A DNA stretch of 64,000 nucleotides from an uncultured Chloroflexia bacterium (GCA_963700285.1 CAVOXA010000010.1:288001-352000); one strand, 5' to 3'. Positions 31,370-42,842 are shown, counted from the first letter of the stretch. Made by a program: numbers and translations. Notes: generated by a model not told the origin, from the sequence alone.

Positions 31370-32770
31370 CTACTCGGACTCTCGCCCATACTCTTCCATG
31401 ATGGTCGCCGCATACTTGCAGCCGCGGATATAGTCGAAAATGGCAATGTTTTCGTCCGGCGCGTGCAGGTTGGCTTTGATGGGCCCAAAACCGGTGAGCA
31501 CGGTCGGCATCGGTACGTGACTGATGATGGTACCTTCGGCTGTCACGCCTTGCACGAACGGAACCTGGCCAAAGACACGCTCAGCAGCACGGATGATTGC
31601 CCGGGCGATGGCGGCATTCATCGGCGTGCGCCACGGATGACGGCGGGCCGTGATCACGTGGACCTCGACATCGTCAAAACCACCCGCTGCCAGGTGGGCC
31701 TTGAGTTTTTCCAACTGTACCAAGGGATCCAGGTAAGGCGGGCAACGAAAGTCGAGCTTGCACACGGCCGAAGGCGGGACGGCCGTCTTGGCGCCAGGGC
31801 CGGTATAGCCAGCCTCCAGGCCACAGATGGTGCAGGTCGCGCCAAAGGATCGTTCCACGAGCAGATCCAGGGGCGATTTGCCGGGCGGCAGGGAAGAGAC
31901 GCCCAGGACGGCCATTTTCTGATCCACGTCAAAATCAGCCAGCGCCCTCTCCAGCCAGGCAATGTCCTCCTCGGTGGGTTCGTCCCAGTCATCGTACCAG
32001 CCAGGAATGATCACGCGCCCCTCGTGGTCGACCAGCGTATCCAGGGCCTTGACCAGGCGCCAGGCAGGATTGACAACCCAGGCCGAGTCGCCGGAGTGTA
32101 TCTCGCTGGCCGCGCCCTGGCAGCGCAGTTCGGCGTAGAGGATGGCCTTGTTGCCCAACGACACCCGGGGTCGCCCTGTGCCGGAATCAACGCCTCCGTC
32201 GAGGCAGTGCATGGCGTCGGCCTGCACCAGCTCGGCGGCGGTCATGGTCTGGCCATTGGGGGCGAGGACCGTGCTGGCCAGCCAGTCGCTGAGGTGCGGG
32301 CTGCCCACCTCCTCCTCGCCTTCAAAGATGAACTTTAGGCTGACAGGCAGCCGGCCCCGGACCTCCAGAAAAGCCTGGGCCGCCCGAACAAAGGCCAGCA
32401 GACCACTCTTGTTGTCGGTAGCGCCGCGGGCAATTACTACGCCGTCCTCAATCTCGGCGGCAAAAGGCGGGCTGGACCACAGTTCCTCCGGCCCCGGCGG
32501 CTGGACGTCATAGTGAGCATAGCACAGCATTGTCTTACTCTGTTCGCCGGGCACGCGGCCATAGACTACTTCCGGCCCGCCGGGTGTCGGGTAGATCTGG
32601 ACATCAGAAATACCCGCCTCAAGCATCATGTCCTGCACCATGACAGCGCACTCTTCCAGGCCAATTCTCTGGGCGGAGATGCTGGGCTGCCGGAGCAAGC
32701 GCTGCAGTTCTTCGACCATTTCGTCCTGATGGGCATCGATCCAGGCATAAATGTCATTCATAAAGCTCAA
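31370..32770 (-). CDS. M20 metallo-hydrolase (dipeptidase-like), intact
   Basis: YAHYDVQP, GATDNKSG, EGEEE, HCLDGG, LHAPDE. Confidence 0.92.
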   Translation of the reverse strand: MSFMNDIYAWIDAHQDEMVEELQRLLRQPSISAQRIGLEECAVMVQDMMLEAGISDVQIYPTPGGPEVVYGRVPGEQSKTMLCYAHYDVQPPGPEELWSSPPFAAEIEDGVVIARGATDNKSGLLAFVRAAQAFLEVRGRLPVSLKFIFEGEEEVGSPHLSDWLASTVLAPNGQTMTAAELVQADAMHCLDGGVDSGTGRPRVSLGNKAILYAELRCQGAASEIHSGDSAWVVNPAWRLVKALDTLVDHEGRVIIPGWYDDWDEPTEEDIAWLERALADFDVDQKMAVLGVSSLPPGKSPLDLLVERSFGATCTICGLEAGYTGPGAKTAVPPSAVCKLDFRCPPYLDPLVQLEKLKAHLAAGGFDDVEVHVITARRHPWRTPMNAAIARAIIRAAERVFGQVPFVQGVTAEGTIISHVPMPTVLTGFGPIKANLHAPDENIAIFDYIRGCKYAATIMEEYGRESE

Positions 32771-34844
32771 TCTCCCGGGGTCTCCAAGGTGACCAGATCC
32801 ACCCTCACCAGGCCCTCGATAAGGGGCAGGAATAGGGCCGGATCCAGTTCAAAGCCAAACTCCATGCAGACGGCCTCGGCAATCTCTGCGATGTTGCGCC
32901 GGCCATCGATCATGTTCCACACTTCGTCGTTCATCACGCGCAATGCATAGAAGGTATAGACCGGATCCTGGGTCTCCATCGGGGCCGAGATCTCGGCTTG
33001 CTCCGGGTAGGTAAAGATGGCCAGCCCGGGCGTGAATCCGGGTACCCTCTTGTGGGGGATGGCTGCCAGGGCTGCCGCCTGGCCAGCAGAACGGCGGCCC
33101 AGATCGCTCCCAGGCTGGGGGCTTCCAGCTTTGGCATCCAGAGAGATCCCGGCCCTGGACAGGGCCTTCTCAATGCGTGACGATGCCTGCTCAGCCTCTT
33201 GTCGCAACGCGTCGATGCAGGCCGCGATCTGCTCCTCCGCTTCCGCGGGCGGCTGGCCCGGAACCAGATCCAACGTGGAGGCGATGGCCCGGGCGTCCCG
33301 GCTTTGGAAATAATCCAGTTCCCGGAAAGCGCGGCTGGCTATTCCCTCAGCCAGGCTACCACCAACCGGCGCATGGGCCGCCTTCAAGATCTGCTGTACG
33401 GCGCGGCTGCTTATTCTCCGGAGCCGGAACTGGCTGCGCGCCAGTACCTCATCGGCAATGGCCATCGCCTCTGGCAAGCCCGCATCGGCAATCTCGTACA
33501 GGGCCAGCGCGGTGGGCACGCCAGCGCGACGGAATACCTGGGGATCCATCTTGTCCGCGGTCAGGAACTGGGTATGAAAGTAGATGCTGGGCGTCGACAT
33601 GATCAGCGGGCTGGGGATGCCAAAGGAGGCGAAACGGTTGTTGTCGCTCCAGGGCGTGTAGGGCTCGGAGGTAAACACGACCCCTGACATGCCCTCGTCC
33701 TGCCGGCCGATCCATTGGCGTCCTTCGGCGCGCGGTCCATCAGCCCTTCAAAGTAATCGTTGATGAACGAGGGCGACGAGTCGGGGTGCCGGGAGAAGAT
33801 GAGCGTCGACTTGAGTATCTCCTGGTGGTTGCCGACGCTATCCAGGCAGATGGCGGCCTTGATGCCAGGCAGTTCCTCCGGGTGCTCGGCGAAATAGGCT
33901 TCAGTGCCCAAGCCTTCAGCGACGACAAAGAACTTGATGCTGCGGCGTGGCGGGCGCACCTTGCCCTCCCGGATGAGGCACTGCAGGACGCGGGCGATCT
34001 CAACTAGTAGCGCCACCCCAGCCGCACAGTTGGCGCCAGGTTGGGTACCGGTTGTGTGGGCCATCAGGATCACCGATTCTTCTGGCAGCTCCCGGCCCGG
34101 GATGGTGGCTATCACATTCCGCCCATGGCCCTTGAACGAACGACAGCGGATATCGGCGTGTACGGTGACCGGCCCGAGCTTGAGCAACTCTCTCAGGCGT
34201 TGTCCGGCATGCAGAGTTAGGGAGCAGCCCCAGGCATCATATTTGCCCTGGCTGTTTGGCAGACGCAGGAACTGAGCCGCATCAGGCACCTGCCAGCGCG
34301 TCCGGTAGGGCGCCAGAGGGTAGAGAAAATAGTCGGTCAGTACGCCTTTTGCTCCGCGCCGCAGCGCCTCTTCCGCCGCGTATTTCCAAGCCTCCCGCCG
34401 GTTGGTATGGCTGATAAAGGCAACCTTGCCCTCGAGATCTTTGTCCCGCCAATCTGCCTCCGACAAGCCCAAGCCGACATCCACAACCTCAGCCGCCATG
34501 CCTCCAGCGGGCGTGGGCTGCGACCAGACGGTCAGGCAGGTGGGCGCCTCATCAAAGCTGACCAGCTTTTCCTGGGTCGGGGCGAGCACACTGACTTGTG
34601 CAGCGTGGGGTTCCCAGGCCAAGGGGGTAGCGCCATCCAGCAGCACGGTCTCGCCATCGATGGGATAGGTTGTCACCTCCAAGTCATCGAACCCGCACTC
34701 GCGCAGCTTCTGCAGGGCCAGGTTGGTCGCGGCGTGGTACCCGGATGAGCCCGGGGTACGGTAAAAGCGCGTGATGGCAGCCGTGGTTTCTGTAGCGCTC
34801 TCCCCCGAAAGCATCTCGTGAATCAGCAAGGCCAGAGAATCCAT
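32767..34844 (-). CDS. M28-like / DUF4910 aminopeptidase-like protein, apparent frameshift near 33700
   Basis: YRTPGSSG, PA-like insert, ATIPG, AH...PGAN, LDSVG, WSDN, YFHT, C-terminal DGRRNIAEI winged-helix-like segment. Confidence 0.75.
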
Positions 34845-35031
34845 ACGTTCCCTCTTGGGTTTTCTTGGCGGCCAGTTCCGCACATGGCCTATTTTCTATG
34901 GACAGAGAAGTGAGGACCGTTCGTTAGACCACATCGTCGATGGCTACAAAACCGGCTTTTTGGAAAAGGTGGCGTCAGGATCTATCGCAGGCTCCCTCTT
35001 ACGAGTCGGTAACAGGCGCCCAGCGTGCTGG

Positions 35032-35979
35032 CTATACCACGTTCTTCATGCGCGGATCCAAATAGTCCCGTATCCAATCACCCAGCACATTGATCCCAAG
35101 CACAGTCAAAGAAATGGCCAGACCGGGAAAGATAACCAGCCAGGGAGCGATCTCCAGATACTCGCGGTTTTCCGACAGCATTCCCCCCCAGGTTGGAACA
35201 TCAGGGGGCACACCCAAGCCCAGAAAACTGAGCGAGGCTTCAGCAATGATGGTACTTGCCACAGAAAAGCTGGCGATGACAATCACCACACCCCACAGAT
35301 TGGGGAGCACGTGACGTCCCATGATCCGCCCTTGGCGAACACCCACGGCGCGGGCCGCATCTACGAATTCCATCTCCCGCAAGTATATGACCTGGCTCCG
35401 GGCCAGGCGACCATAGGTCACCCAGCCGGTAATCCCCAGCACGATGATAAGCTTGTCCACACCCGGCCCCAGGACGGCCAAGACGCTGATGGCCAGCAGA
35501 ATGAAGGGGAAGGCTAGCTGGATATCGCCGATACGCATGATCACGTCGTCCAGAAGACCGCCCATATAGCCGGAGATCAGGCCCAGGAAAACACCCAGTG
35601 TACCCGCCAACAGTACCGCGCTCAAACCGACAACCAGCGAAACCCGGGCGCCGTAGCACAACCGGGCAAAAACATCACGGCCCAGCGTATCAGTGCCCAG
35701 GAGGTGCAATGTGCCATCGGGCGCGCGCCATAGAGGTGGCTTGAGCCGGCTGATGATGTCGATCTGGGCGGGGTCGAGTGGCGTCAGGACCGGCGCCAGC
35801 ACGGCAACCAGGACTGCGACCAGGACGATAATCGCACCAACCAGAGCGAGCTTTCGACGGGCGAGACTGCGCAGCGCCCCAAAACGGGGGCGTTCCGGAA
35901 TTGTGCCGCCATCGGTAAGAGAAGCGGGGCGCGCCGGCGACACCTCTGCTGCCCCTGACGCATCGTTTCTATCAGACAT
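35032..35979 (-). CDS. dppC: Dipeptide/oligopeptide ABC permease (DppC/OppC type)
   Basis: LGTDTLGRD, EFVDAARAVG, AEASLSFLGLG, PTWG. Confidence 0.92.
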   Translation of the reverse strand: MSDRNDASGAAEVSPARPASLTDGGTIPERPRFGALRSLARRKLALVGAIIVLVAVLVAVLAPVLTPLDPAQIDIISRLKPPLWRAPDGTLHLLGTDTLGRDVFARLCYGARVSLVVGLSAVLLAGTLGVFLGLISGYMGGLLDDVIMRIGDIQLAFPFILLAISVLAVLGPGVDKLIIVLGITGWVTYGRLARSQVIYLREMEFVDAARAVGVRQGRIMGRHVLPNLWGVVIVIASFSVASTIIAEASLSFLGLGVPPDVPTWGGMLSENREYLEIAPWLVIFPGLAISLTVLGINVLGDWIRDYLDPRMKNVV

Positions 35980-35997
35980 TCAGGCTCCTCTGTCCCT

Positions 35998-36921
35998 CTA
36001 GTTGTATCGGACGCGAGGATCTATCCAGGAGTAGAGGAGGTCCACCCCAAGATTGACAAGCGTAAAAGCGATGGCCAGCACCGTCACACCAGCTTGAACA
36101 ATGGCAAAGTCCTTGTTGTAGATGGCATCAATGATCAGCCGGCCCACACCGGGCCAGGCAAAGATGCTCTCGACGATGACAGAACCGGCCAGCAGAAAGC
36201 CTAGCTGAAGACCCACCATCGTCACCAAGGGCAGAAGCGCGTTTCGCAGGGCATGAAGATAGATGACCTTTCTCTCAGACAGGCCCTTGGCCCGTGCGGT
36301 CCGCACATAGTCCTGCTGAATGACCTCCAGCAGGGATGCGCGAGTCAGGCGCATGTTGCGGGCCAGCGAGAAGGCAGCCAGGGTGAATGCTGGCAGAATC
36401 AGATTCCGCCAGTCCCCCTTCCCCGAGATAGGCAACACCCTCAGCCAGACGCCAAATATGAGCATCAGCATGATGCCCAGAAAAAAACTGGGGACCGACT
36501 GTCCGATCAAGGCTGCGAGCGTGGAAATATAGTCCGCCCCGGTGTTGGGGCGGGTGGCCGAGAGCACGCCAATGGGGACGCCGAGAATGACCGAAACTGC
36601 CAGAGCGATAAGTGCCAGCTGAACTGTGGCCGGAAAGCGGCGCATGACAACGTCAAAGGCAGGCTCGCTGTAGCGATACGAGTCGCCAAAATCCCCGCGG
36701 ACAGCATTCTTGGCGAAAATAAAGTACTGGATATACCAGGGCTGGTCAAAGCCCTTGAGTTGGCGGAACTCGTCGATCTGCTCTGCGGTCATAAAGTCCG
36801 CACTCTCGCCGAGCCATACCTCCGTTGGGTCCCCGGTCAGGAACATCAGCCCAAAGGAGATAAAACTCACCCCAAGGATCACAATGAACGTTTGAAGTAG
36901 CCGCCGAATTGTGTATTGCAT
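35998..36921 (-). CDS. dppB: Dipeptide/oligopeptide ABC permease (DppB/OppB type)
   Basis: GDFGDS, DYVRTARAKGL, ESIFAWPGVG. Confidence 0.92.
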   Translation of the reverse strand: MQYTIRRLLQTFIVILGVSFISFGLMFLTGDPTEVWLGESADFMTAEQIDEFRQLKGFDQPWYIQYFIFAKNAVRGDFGDSYRYSEPAFDVVMRRFPATVQLALIALAVSVILGVPIGVLSATRPNTGADYISTLAALIGQSVPSFFLGIMLMLIFGVWLRVLPISGKGDWRNLILPAFTLAAFSLARNMRLTRASLLEVIQQDYVRTARAKGLSERKVIYLHALRNALLPLVTMVGLQLGFLLAGSVIVESIFAWPGVGRLIIDAIYNKDFAIVQAGVTVLAIAFTLVNLGVDLLYSWIDPRVRYN

Positions 36922-36962
36922 CCAGATCCTTCCTCGGTGCTTTCAAGAGGGAAAGAAGGCAA

Positions 36963-36988
36963 GGGGCCTGGGCAGGCGCCCAGGCCCC
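36963..36988 (-). terminator. GC-rich hairpin after the solute-binding protein gene (partial terminator / mRNA stabiliser)
   Basis: GGGGCCTGGGC-4nt-GCCCAGGCCCC 11-bp stem followed by TTGCCTTCTTT on the minus strand. Confidence 0.65.
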
Positions 36989-36995
36989 ACAAAGA

Positions 36996-38718
36996 CTATC
37001 TCAGGGAAGCGTCCATCATCAGAATACGTTCGTCTGCTCTGGGCTCCCAGTCCATCCGGTCCGATGCCGCGTAAAAGTCGGTCTGCATGTAGATCTGGAC
37101 CACGGCCGCATCCTCGACGGCAATCTCTTCGATCTGATGGCAGAGCGCCAGGCGCTCGTCCGGATCGAAGGTGGCATCCAGTTCCGCAAAGAGGGCGGTG
37201 ATCTCTTCATTGGCGTACTGCGAGCGGTTGGAGCCAGTGTTGGCTTCGATGTAGCCCAGGTCCGAGCGGCAGTTAAAGCCGGGGCCGGAGCCGATCAGAT
37301 GCATGTCGGGGAAGCCAGCACCCTGGCTGGAAGCATGGTCGATGAACACGGACCAGTCAAGCACGTTGACCGTAACGTCGATGCCAACTTTCGCCAGGTC
37401 GGAGGCCAGAACCAGGCACATATCCTTGTCCTTGATATAGCGGCCGTTGGGGCACTCCATCTCGAGCGCCAGCTTCTCACCGTCCTTCTCGCGGACGCCA
37501 TCGCTGCCCATGGTCCAGCCGGCTTCGTCCAGAAGAGCAGCGGCCTTCTCCGGATCGTAGGGGTAGGCCTCGACGTTGGGGCTGCCGTTGGGCGCGTTGA
37601 TGATGTGGGCTGAGCACTCGCCCGCGCCGGCCAGCAGGCTGGTCATCATGGACTCGCAGTCGAAGGCATAGTTGATGGCCTGGCGGACCCGCACATCCTT
37701 CAACGCCGGGTGATCGGTCTCTTTTTGGTCCAGGCCAAAGAACATGCGGCGCATGCCATCGACCGGGGCCATGTGGGCGCCCGGTGCCTTGTCGACGCTC
37801 AGCGCCAGATCCGGCGGTACGTTGGTGATGATATCCGCGTTACCGGCCTTTAGTTCGTTGATGCGCGTCGAGGCTTCGGGCACGGCGCGCCAGATGATCT
37901 TCTGGATGGAAGGCTTCTCGCCGGCATAGTCTGGATAGACCTCCATCTCGATCGACTTCTTCGGGGACATAGTTGGTGATCATGTACGGGCCACTGCCAA
38001 TGCCCGTGCGCCCAAACTCATCGCCTCCAACTTCGGTGATGTACTGGGGCGGCTGAGCCGCGGTCTGGACGTGCGCCACATGCTCGGGGATGAGCGGGTT
38101 GGGGGCCGTGGTGACGATGTGCAAGGTGTACTCGTCAACCGCAATGACCTCCGCCAGGTCCAGAAGGCCATACTCGTAGCTGGTGCGGCCCACGCCTGTC
38201 TCGAACATCTCCTGACCACGATCCAGGGCGAACTTGAAGGCCTCGGCATTCACCGGCTCGCCATTGTGGAAGGTGTAGCCCTCCTTGATCTTGAACTCCC
38301 ACGTGACGTCGTCGACGGCTTCCCACGACTCGGCCATGTAGGGCTCCAGTTCGACATTGGCGTTGAACCGCGTCAGCGTCTGGAAGAGGTGCTTGTGAAC
38401 ATTGTCATCGGGGATGGACTGGCCGATGTGCGGGTCCAGGGTGATGACCTCAGCGCCCTGCAGAATGACCACGGGCTCTTGTTCCTCTACCACTGGGACA
38501 GCGGTCACCTCTACCTCTACCTCGACCACCTCGGTGACGACCTTTTCGACAACCTGGGCCGTCCCCTCGACAATGACCGTCTCCTTGACCGTCTGCTCGA
38601 CGATCTGGGTGACAATCTTTTCGACTTCGACCACCTGGGGCTCCGGCGTAGCGCCACAGGCTGCGAGCAGCAGTGACACCACAATCATGAGCGTAAGCAA
38701 TAGACCTAAACGTTTCAT
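36996..38718 (-). CDS. ABC solute-binding lipoprotein, family 5, one apparent frameshift near 37950
   Basis: Lipobox LLAAC, V/E/K/T-rich linker, TLDP, FHNGEP, GSGPY, VRQAINYA. AGGAGG RBS. Confidence 0.9.
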
Positions 38719-38946
38719 CTGTACTCCTCCTACCTTTCGTAAATTTGGACTCTGCGCGGACAGCAAACTTCAAAATGCTCGATAGGCTTACCTCCCATCA
38801 TCAAAAACCTCGGAACCGAATCGCCAAACACACCTTGAAAGCTGATAGCTACACCGACCTGAATGGGACAATCCCATCCCAGGGCAAAAGTCGCTGTGGA
38901 GTCATCGCGATAGAGTGCCGTTACAATGATAGAGCGGCCCCATATA

Positions 38947-38960
38947 TATCCTATAGGATA
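38947..38960. promoter_or_regulatory. Palindromic operator TATCCTATAGGATA
   Basis: Perfect 14-bp palindrome 8 nt downstream of the -10 box. A second copy lies at 58021-58034. Confidence 0.75.
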
Positions 38961-38968
38961 CAAAGTCT

Positions 38969-38997
38969 ATTGTACAACGATTCCAGCACGCTGTCAA
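38969..38997 (-). promoter_or_regulatory. Sigma70-type promoter TTGACA-N17-TACAAT
   Basis: -35 at 38997-38992 and -10 at 38974-38969, with an exact 17-nt spacer, in an AT-rich patch. Confidence 0.8.
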
Positions 38998-39032
38998 ATC
39001 GTCCGGGCAAAGATGGCCGGATCAAGCGCCGG

Positions 39033-39987
39033 TTAGAATCCCGTACGCTTGTCCACGACGTTGATGAGCGTTCCTCCCTTGACCCAGCGCCGAAAGTTTT
39101 CGACGAAAACCAAGAGAACCCGTTCCCTGTATCTGGGGCTCTGCCCGCCCAGGTGGGGGGTCAGCGCGACGTTGGGCAATCTGCGCAGTTCGCTATCCAC
39201 GGGCAGCGGTTCCTGGTCAAAGACGTCAAGGCCGGCTCCGGCAAGCGGGCCCTCCTTCAGCGCTTCGATGAGCGCCTCTTCGTCGACGAGGGGACCGCGC
39301 GCGATGTTAACCAGGTAACTGCCCTCGTTCATCAGCGAGATGAGATGGCCATCTACCATACCCCTGGTCCCATCGGTAAGCGCGGCAGCCACGACCAGGA
39401 CATCCAGACCTGATGAAGAATTCCTCGATCTGGTCGCTGAGATACATCTCGTTCAGGTAGGGCACAAAAGCCGGGCGGGTGTCATAGCCGCGGACTCTCA
39501 TACCAAAGGCTGCCCCTTTGCGGGCGATCTCCCTGCCGACGTTGCCCATGCCCAGGACGCCCATGGTCTTGCCATACAATTCCTCACAGGTCTGCCGCTC
39601 CCACGTGTCCAACAGGTTGTTCTCCCCGTAGGAGTCGATGATCCTGCGGGTCACGGCCAACAGCAGCGCAAAGGCGTGTTCAGAGACCGAGATGGGGTGA
39701 TTGCCACTGGCATTGGTGAGGACGACATCACTGTTTACAAAGTCCGGCGTGAGCAGGTTCTCCACGCCCGCGCTCAGGGACTGATACCAACTCAGTTTCT
39801 TTGCCCGAGCCAGCAGTTCATCGGTGAAGCGTCCATGTAGAATGATGTCTGCATCCTCGATCCAGGGCGCCATGTCGTCCAGGGTCAGCGTCTGATGCAC
39901 GCACAGGTCTGGATGGATGGCCTCTAGCCGTTTTCGGGTTTCGTCATCAATTTCGTACCGCGACAGAATCGTGATCTCTTTGGTCAT
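39033..39987 (-). CDS. D-2-hydroxyacid dehydrogenase, apparent frameshift near 39410
   Basis: SAGVE, TNASG, GMGNVG, NIARG, LDVFDQEP, TPH. Confidence 0.88.
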
Positions 39988-40042
39988 TTTGGCCTCCAGG
40001 ACCTACGACAATGGTCAGTCTTGTCACAATGCCCGTCTTTGC

Positions 40043-41344
40043 CTAGGCTTCAAAAAAGGCTTTGAAAGCCTTGTACATATAGTATTGATCCAGAACACCA
40101 CCCAGCTCCCTGATAGAGTGCATGGCCATCGCGGGATTGCCCACATCCAGGGAACGCATGTCCAATTGAGTAGCCGAGATGGGGCCGATGGTCGAACCGC
40201 CCACGAGATCGGAACGGCTGACAAAGCGCTGGACCGGAACGTCCACTCCCCGGCACAGGGTCTCAAAGACGGCAGCCGAGTCGCTGTCGGTGGTGAAATT
40301 CTGATTGGCCGAGACCTTGACCATGGGGCCGCCGTTCAAGACCGGCCGGTTGACAGGATCGTGTTTGTCCACAGCACCGGGATGAACCCCATGTCCCATG
40401 TCGGCCGATATGAGGAATGACTGGTAGATGGATTGGAAGAAGCCCTCTCGATCCCCGGCCAGCCCATAGGCGATCCGTTCGAGCAGCGTGCTCAGCAAGG
40501 GAGAAGCCGCTCCCTGTTTGGTCCTGCTGCCAACCTCCTCGTTGTCGTAGCAGACCAGAACGTTGGTGGCCTGGGCAGTGCCGGCATTGAGCAGGGCGTG
40601 CAATCCGGCATGGACCATGGCCAGGTCATCCAGCCTGGAGCTGGAGATAAAGTCGTCGTTCAGACCAACAATGCTGCCCCTACCATACTCGTTCAGGAAC
40701 AGGTCAAAATCGACAATACTGCCGGCCTCAATGCCCAGTTTCTCGGCCAGCAGTCCGGCCAGGAAGGCACCTTTTTCGAACTCGGCATTCACGCAGGCCA
40801 CCAGGGGCAGCATGTCCGTCTGCTTGTTCAACTCGATCCCCTCGTTGACCTTGCGGTTCATGTGTAGAGACTGGTTGGGGATGATCAGCAGGGGCTGGTC
40901 AAAGCTGACAAGTCTGATTTCAGGATGCAGGGGATCGTCGCCTGTAAGCGCCACCCGGCCGGCCAGAGTCAGGGGTCTATCCAGCCAGGTGTTGAGGATA
41001 GGACCGCCATAGGACTCTGTATTCAGCATGAGGTAGGTATTGGCCTTGACCAGCTCGGGCGATGGTTTGATCCTGAAGGATGGCGCATCGGTGTGAGCGC
41101 CTACCAGCCGGAATCCCTCTTTCTCGACGGCGCCCTGCCCCACGACAAAGGCGATAACGGCCGAATCATTCCTGGTCAGAAAGTACTTGCCGCCCTTGGT
41201 GATTTTCCACCTCTCTGTCAATTCTAGCTCGTCGAAGCCGTTTGCCTGGAGTGCGTCCTTGATGGTGGCCACGACGTGGAATGGACTGGGGCTGGTATGG
41301 ATGAAATCAAGAAGGTCGTTGGCGAATTTCAGTTCTTCAGTCAT
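40043..41344 (-). CDS. apeB: M18 family aminopeptidase (aspartyl aminopeptidase)
   Basis: SPSPFH, GAHTD, YGG...W.DR, LDD, NEEVGS, ADMGH, MHSIRE. Confidence 0.92.
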   Translation of the reverse strand: MTEELKFANDLLDFIHTSPSPFHVVATIKDALQANGFDELELTERWKITKGGKYFLTRNDSAVIAFVVGQGAVEKEGFRLVGAHTDAPSFRIKPSPELVKANTYLMLNTESYGGPILNTWLDRPLTLAGRVALTGDDPLHPEIRLVSFDQPLLIIPNQSLHMNRKVNEGIELNKQTDMLPLVACVNAEFEKGAFLAGLLAEKLGIEAGSIVDFDLFLNEYGRGSIVGLNDDFISSSRLDDLAMVHAGLHALLNAGTAQATNVLVCYDNEEVGSRTKQGAASPLLSTLLERIAYGLAGDREGFFQSIYQSFLISADMGHGVHPGAVDKHDPVNRPVLNGGPMVKVSANQNFTTDSDSAAVFETLCRGVDVPVQRFVSRSDLVGGSTIGPISATQLDMRSLDVGNPAMAMHSIRELGGVLDQYYMYKAFKAFFEA

Positions 41345-41379
41345 AACGTATGCTCCTCGCTGAAAGTAGGGTTATTGGC

Positions 41380-42422
41380 TCAATAGAGTAAGACTGGATC
41401 CAACACATTGCGCAGAGGTTCTCCGGCCAGATAACGGTGAAGGTTGTCGCAGAATAGATCTGTGAGTTTGGCTTTCTCACTATCTGCGGCACTGGCAGAG
41501 TGCGGACAGATGAGCACGTTGGGCATATCCCACAACGGGCTGTTCGCCGGGCAGTGGTTCCACGGCAAAGACGTCGGAAGCCAAGCCCCCTAAGTGCCCT
41601 GATTGCAGGGCGCGCACAACGGCGGCTCGTCCCAGATAGTGCCCCGGGCCACGTTGATCAACACCGCGCCTGGCTTCATGGCCGCCAGTTCCTCTGCCCC
41701 GATCAAGCCCTCGGTCTCTGGCGTATGGGGCAGGAACAGCACCACGAAATCGGCCCTGGCCAGCATTGGCTGCGAGATCTGTCCAGGGATAGAGGCGCTC
41801 AACCCCAAGGGATGTAGGCTCTAGCCCTTCGATGGTACCGCTTGGTGCCGATCACGCGCATCCCCAGACAACGGGCCAGCCGCGCCACCTCTTGCCCGCC
41901 CTTGCCCAGGCTGATCACCGCCAGCGTCTTGCCCCGCAGTTCGGTCCCGGCGTAGCGCTCCCAGTGCTTGCGTTCCTGTTCAGCCGCCATCCGGAAGGCA
42001 TCCTTGACAAACATGAGCATGGCCATCAGGCAGAATTCGGCCAGAGGGCGGGAATGGACCCCACCGGCGGTGGTAAAGACAATATCGCTCTGGTCCCAAC
42101 CAAACTTGACCACGCCTGGCCGATGCCAGTGCTCGAACCCTGAACCCATTTGAGTTGCGGCGCGAGATCGCAGGAGATCATCGAGGTGGGTATAGTCAAA
42201 GCCGAACATCACTTCGGCTTGAGCCAGCAACTCCTGCCAGCGCGCCTCCTGCGCTCGGGGTACGCTCGATGGGCGCGTTGTAATGCGTTGCATAGTGCGG
42301 CCGGCCCAGCAGACTCGGGATCAAAGAGGACCTCAACCCGGGGATCCACGCCCCGGATCTGGTTGACCAGTTCCGGTTCCAGGGGCAGCGAAATGCAGAA
42401 CCTTGGTTTGATTGTTTGGCAT
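41380..42422 (-). CDS. D-2-hydroxyacid dehydrogenase, multiple apparent frameshifts
   Basis: TTAGGVH, LAEF, ELRGKT, LPHTPET, NVARG, CPH. Confidence 0.78.
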
Positions 42423-42472
42423 GTGCCTGTGTCCCTTCCAGGCCGATTCGTCAGCCGGACGGCCTGCACGCT

Positions 42473-42842
42473 CTAGAGGACGGCCATCAGGTCGATTTCG
42501 ATCAGGAAATCCTTGCGTGCCAACTCGTTGATGCCCACCGTGGTGCGAGTCGGTGGAATCGGGAAAGTACTCCTTGTAGACCTCGTTCATGCCGCCGAAA
42601 TCCTGGACGTCCACCAGGTAGATGTTGACCTTGACGACGTCGTCAAAGGACAAGCCAGAGCTCTCGACAGTGGCCTTGAGGTTGTCCAGTACCTGGCGGG
42701 TCTGCGGCTCGATGCCGCCCTCGGGCACCTGGCCGGTCTCTGGATTCACGGCAACGTTGCCTGACACGAACAGGAACCCGCCGGCCTTGACCGCCTTGGC
42801 ATAGGGTGCGCCCGGCTTTCCTAGCATCGTCTCTTTTTTCAT
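42473..42842 (-). CDS. RidA/YjgF/UK114 family protein, apparent frameshift near 42560
   Basis: PYAKA, VSG, QTRQVLDN, VVKVNIYL, MNEVY, then RTTV...LIEID in the next frame. Confidence 0.85.

Noticed and set aside
34886-34900. Third operator copy (GCCTATTTTCTATG resembling the 58030-58043 flank)
   Set aside because: It is not palindromic, matches the flank rather than the operator core, and has no adjacent -35/-10 pair.
38490-38640. Val/Glu/Lys/Thr quasi-repeats here and at 63800-63960 as a repeat array or CRISPR
   Set aside because: They are coding low-complexity linkers after the lipobox of solute-binding proteins, with no constant repeat-spacer structure.
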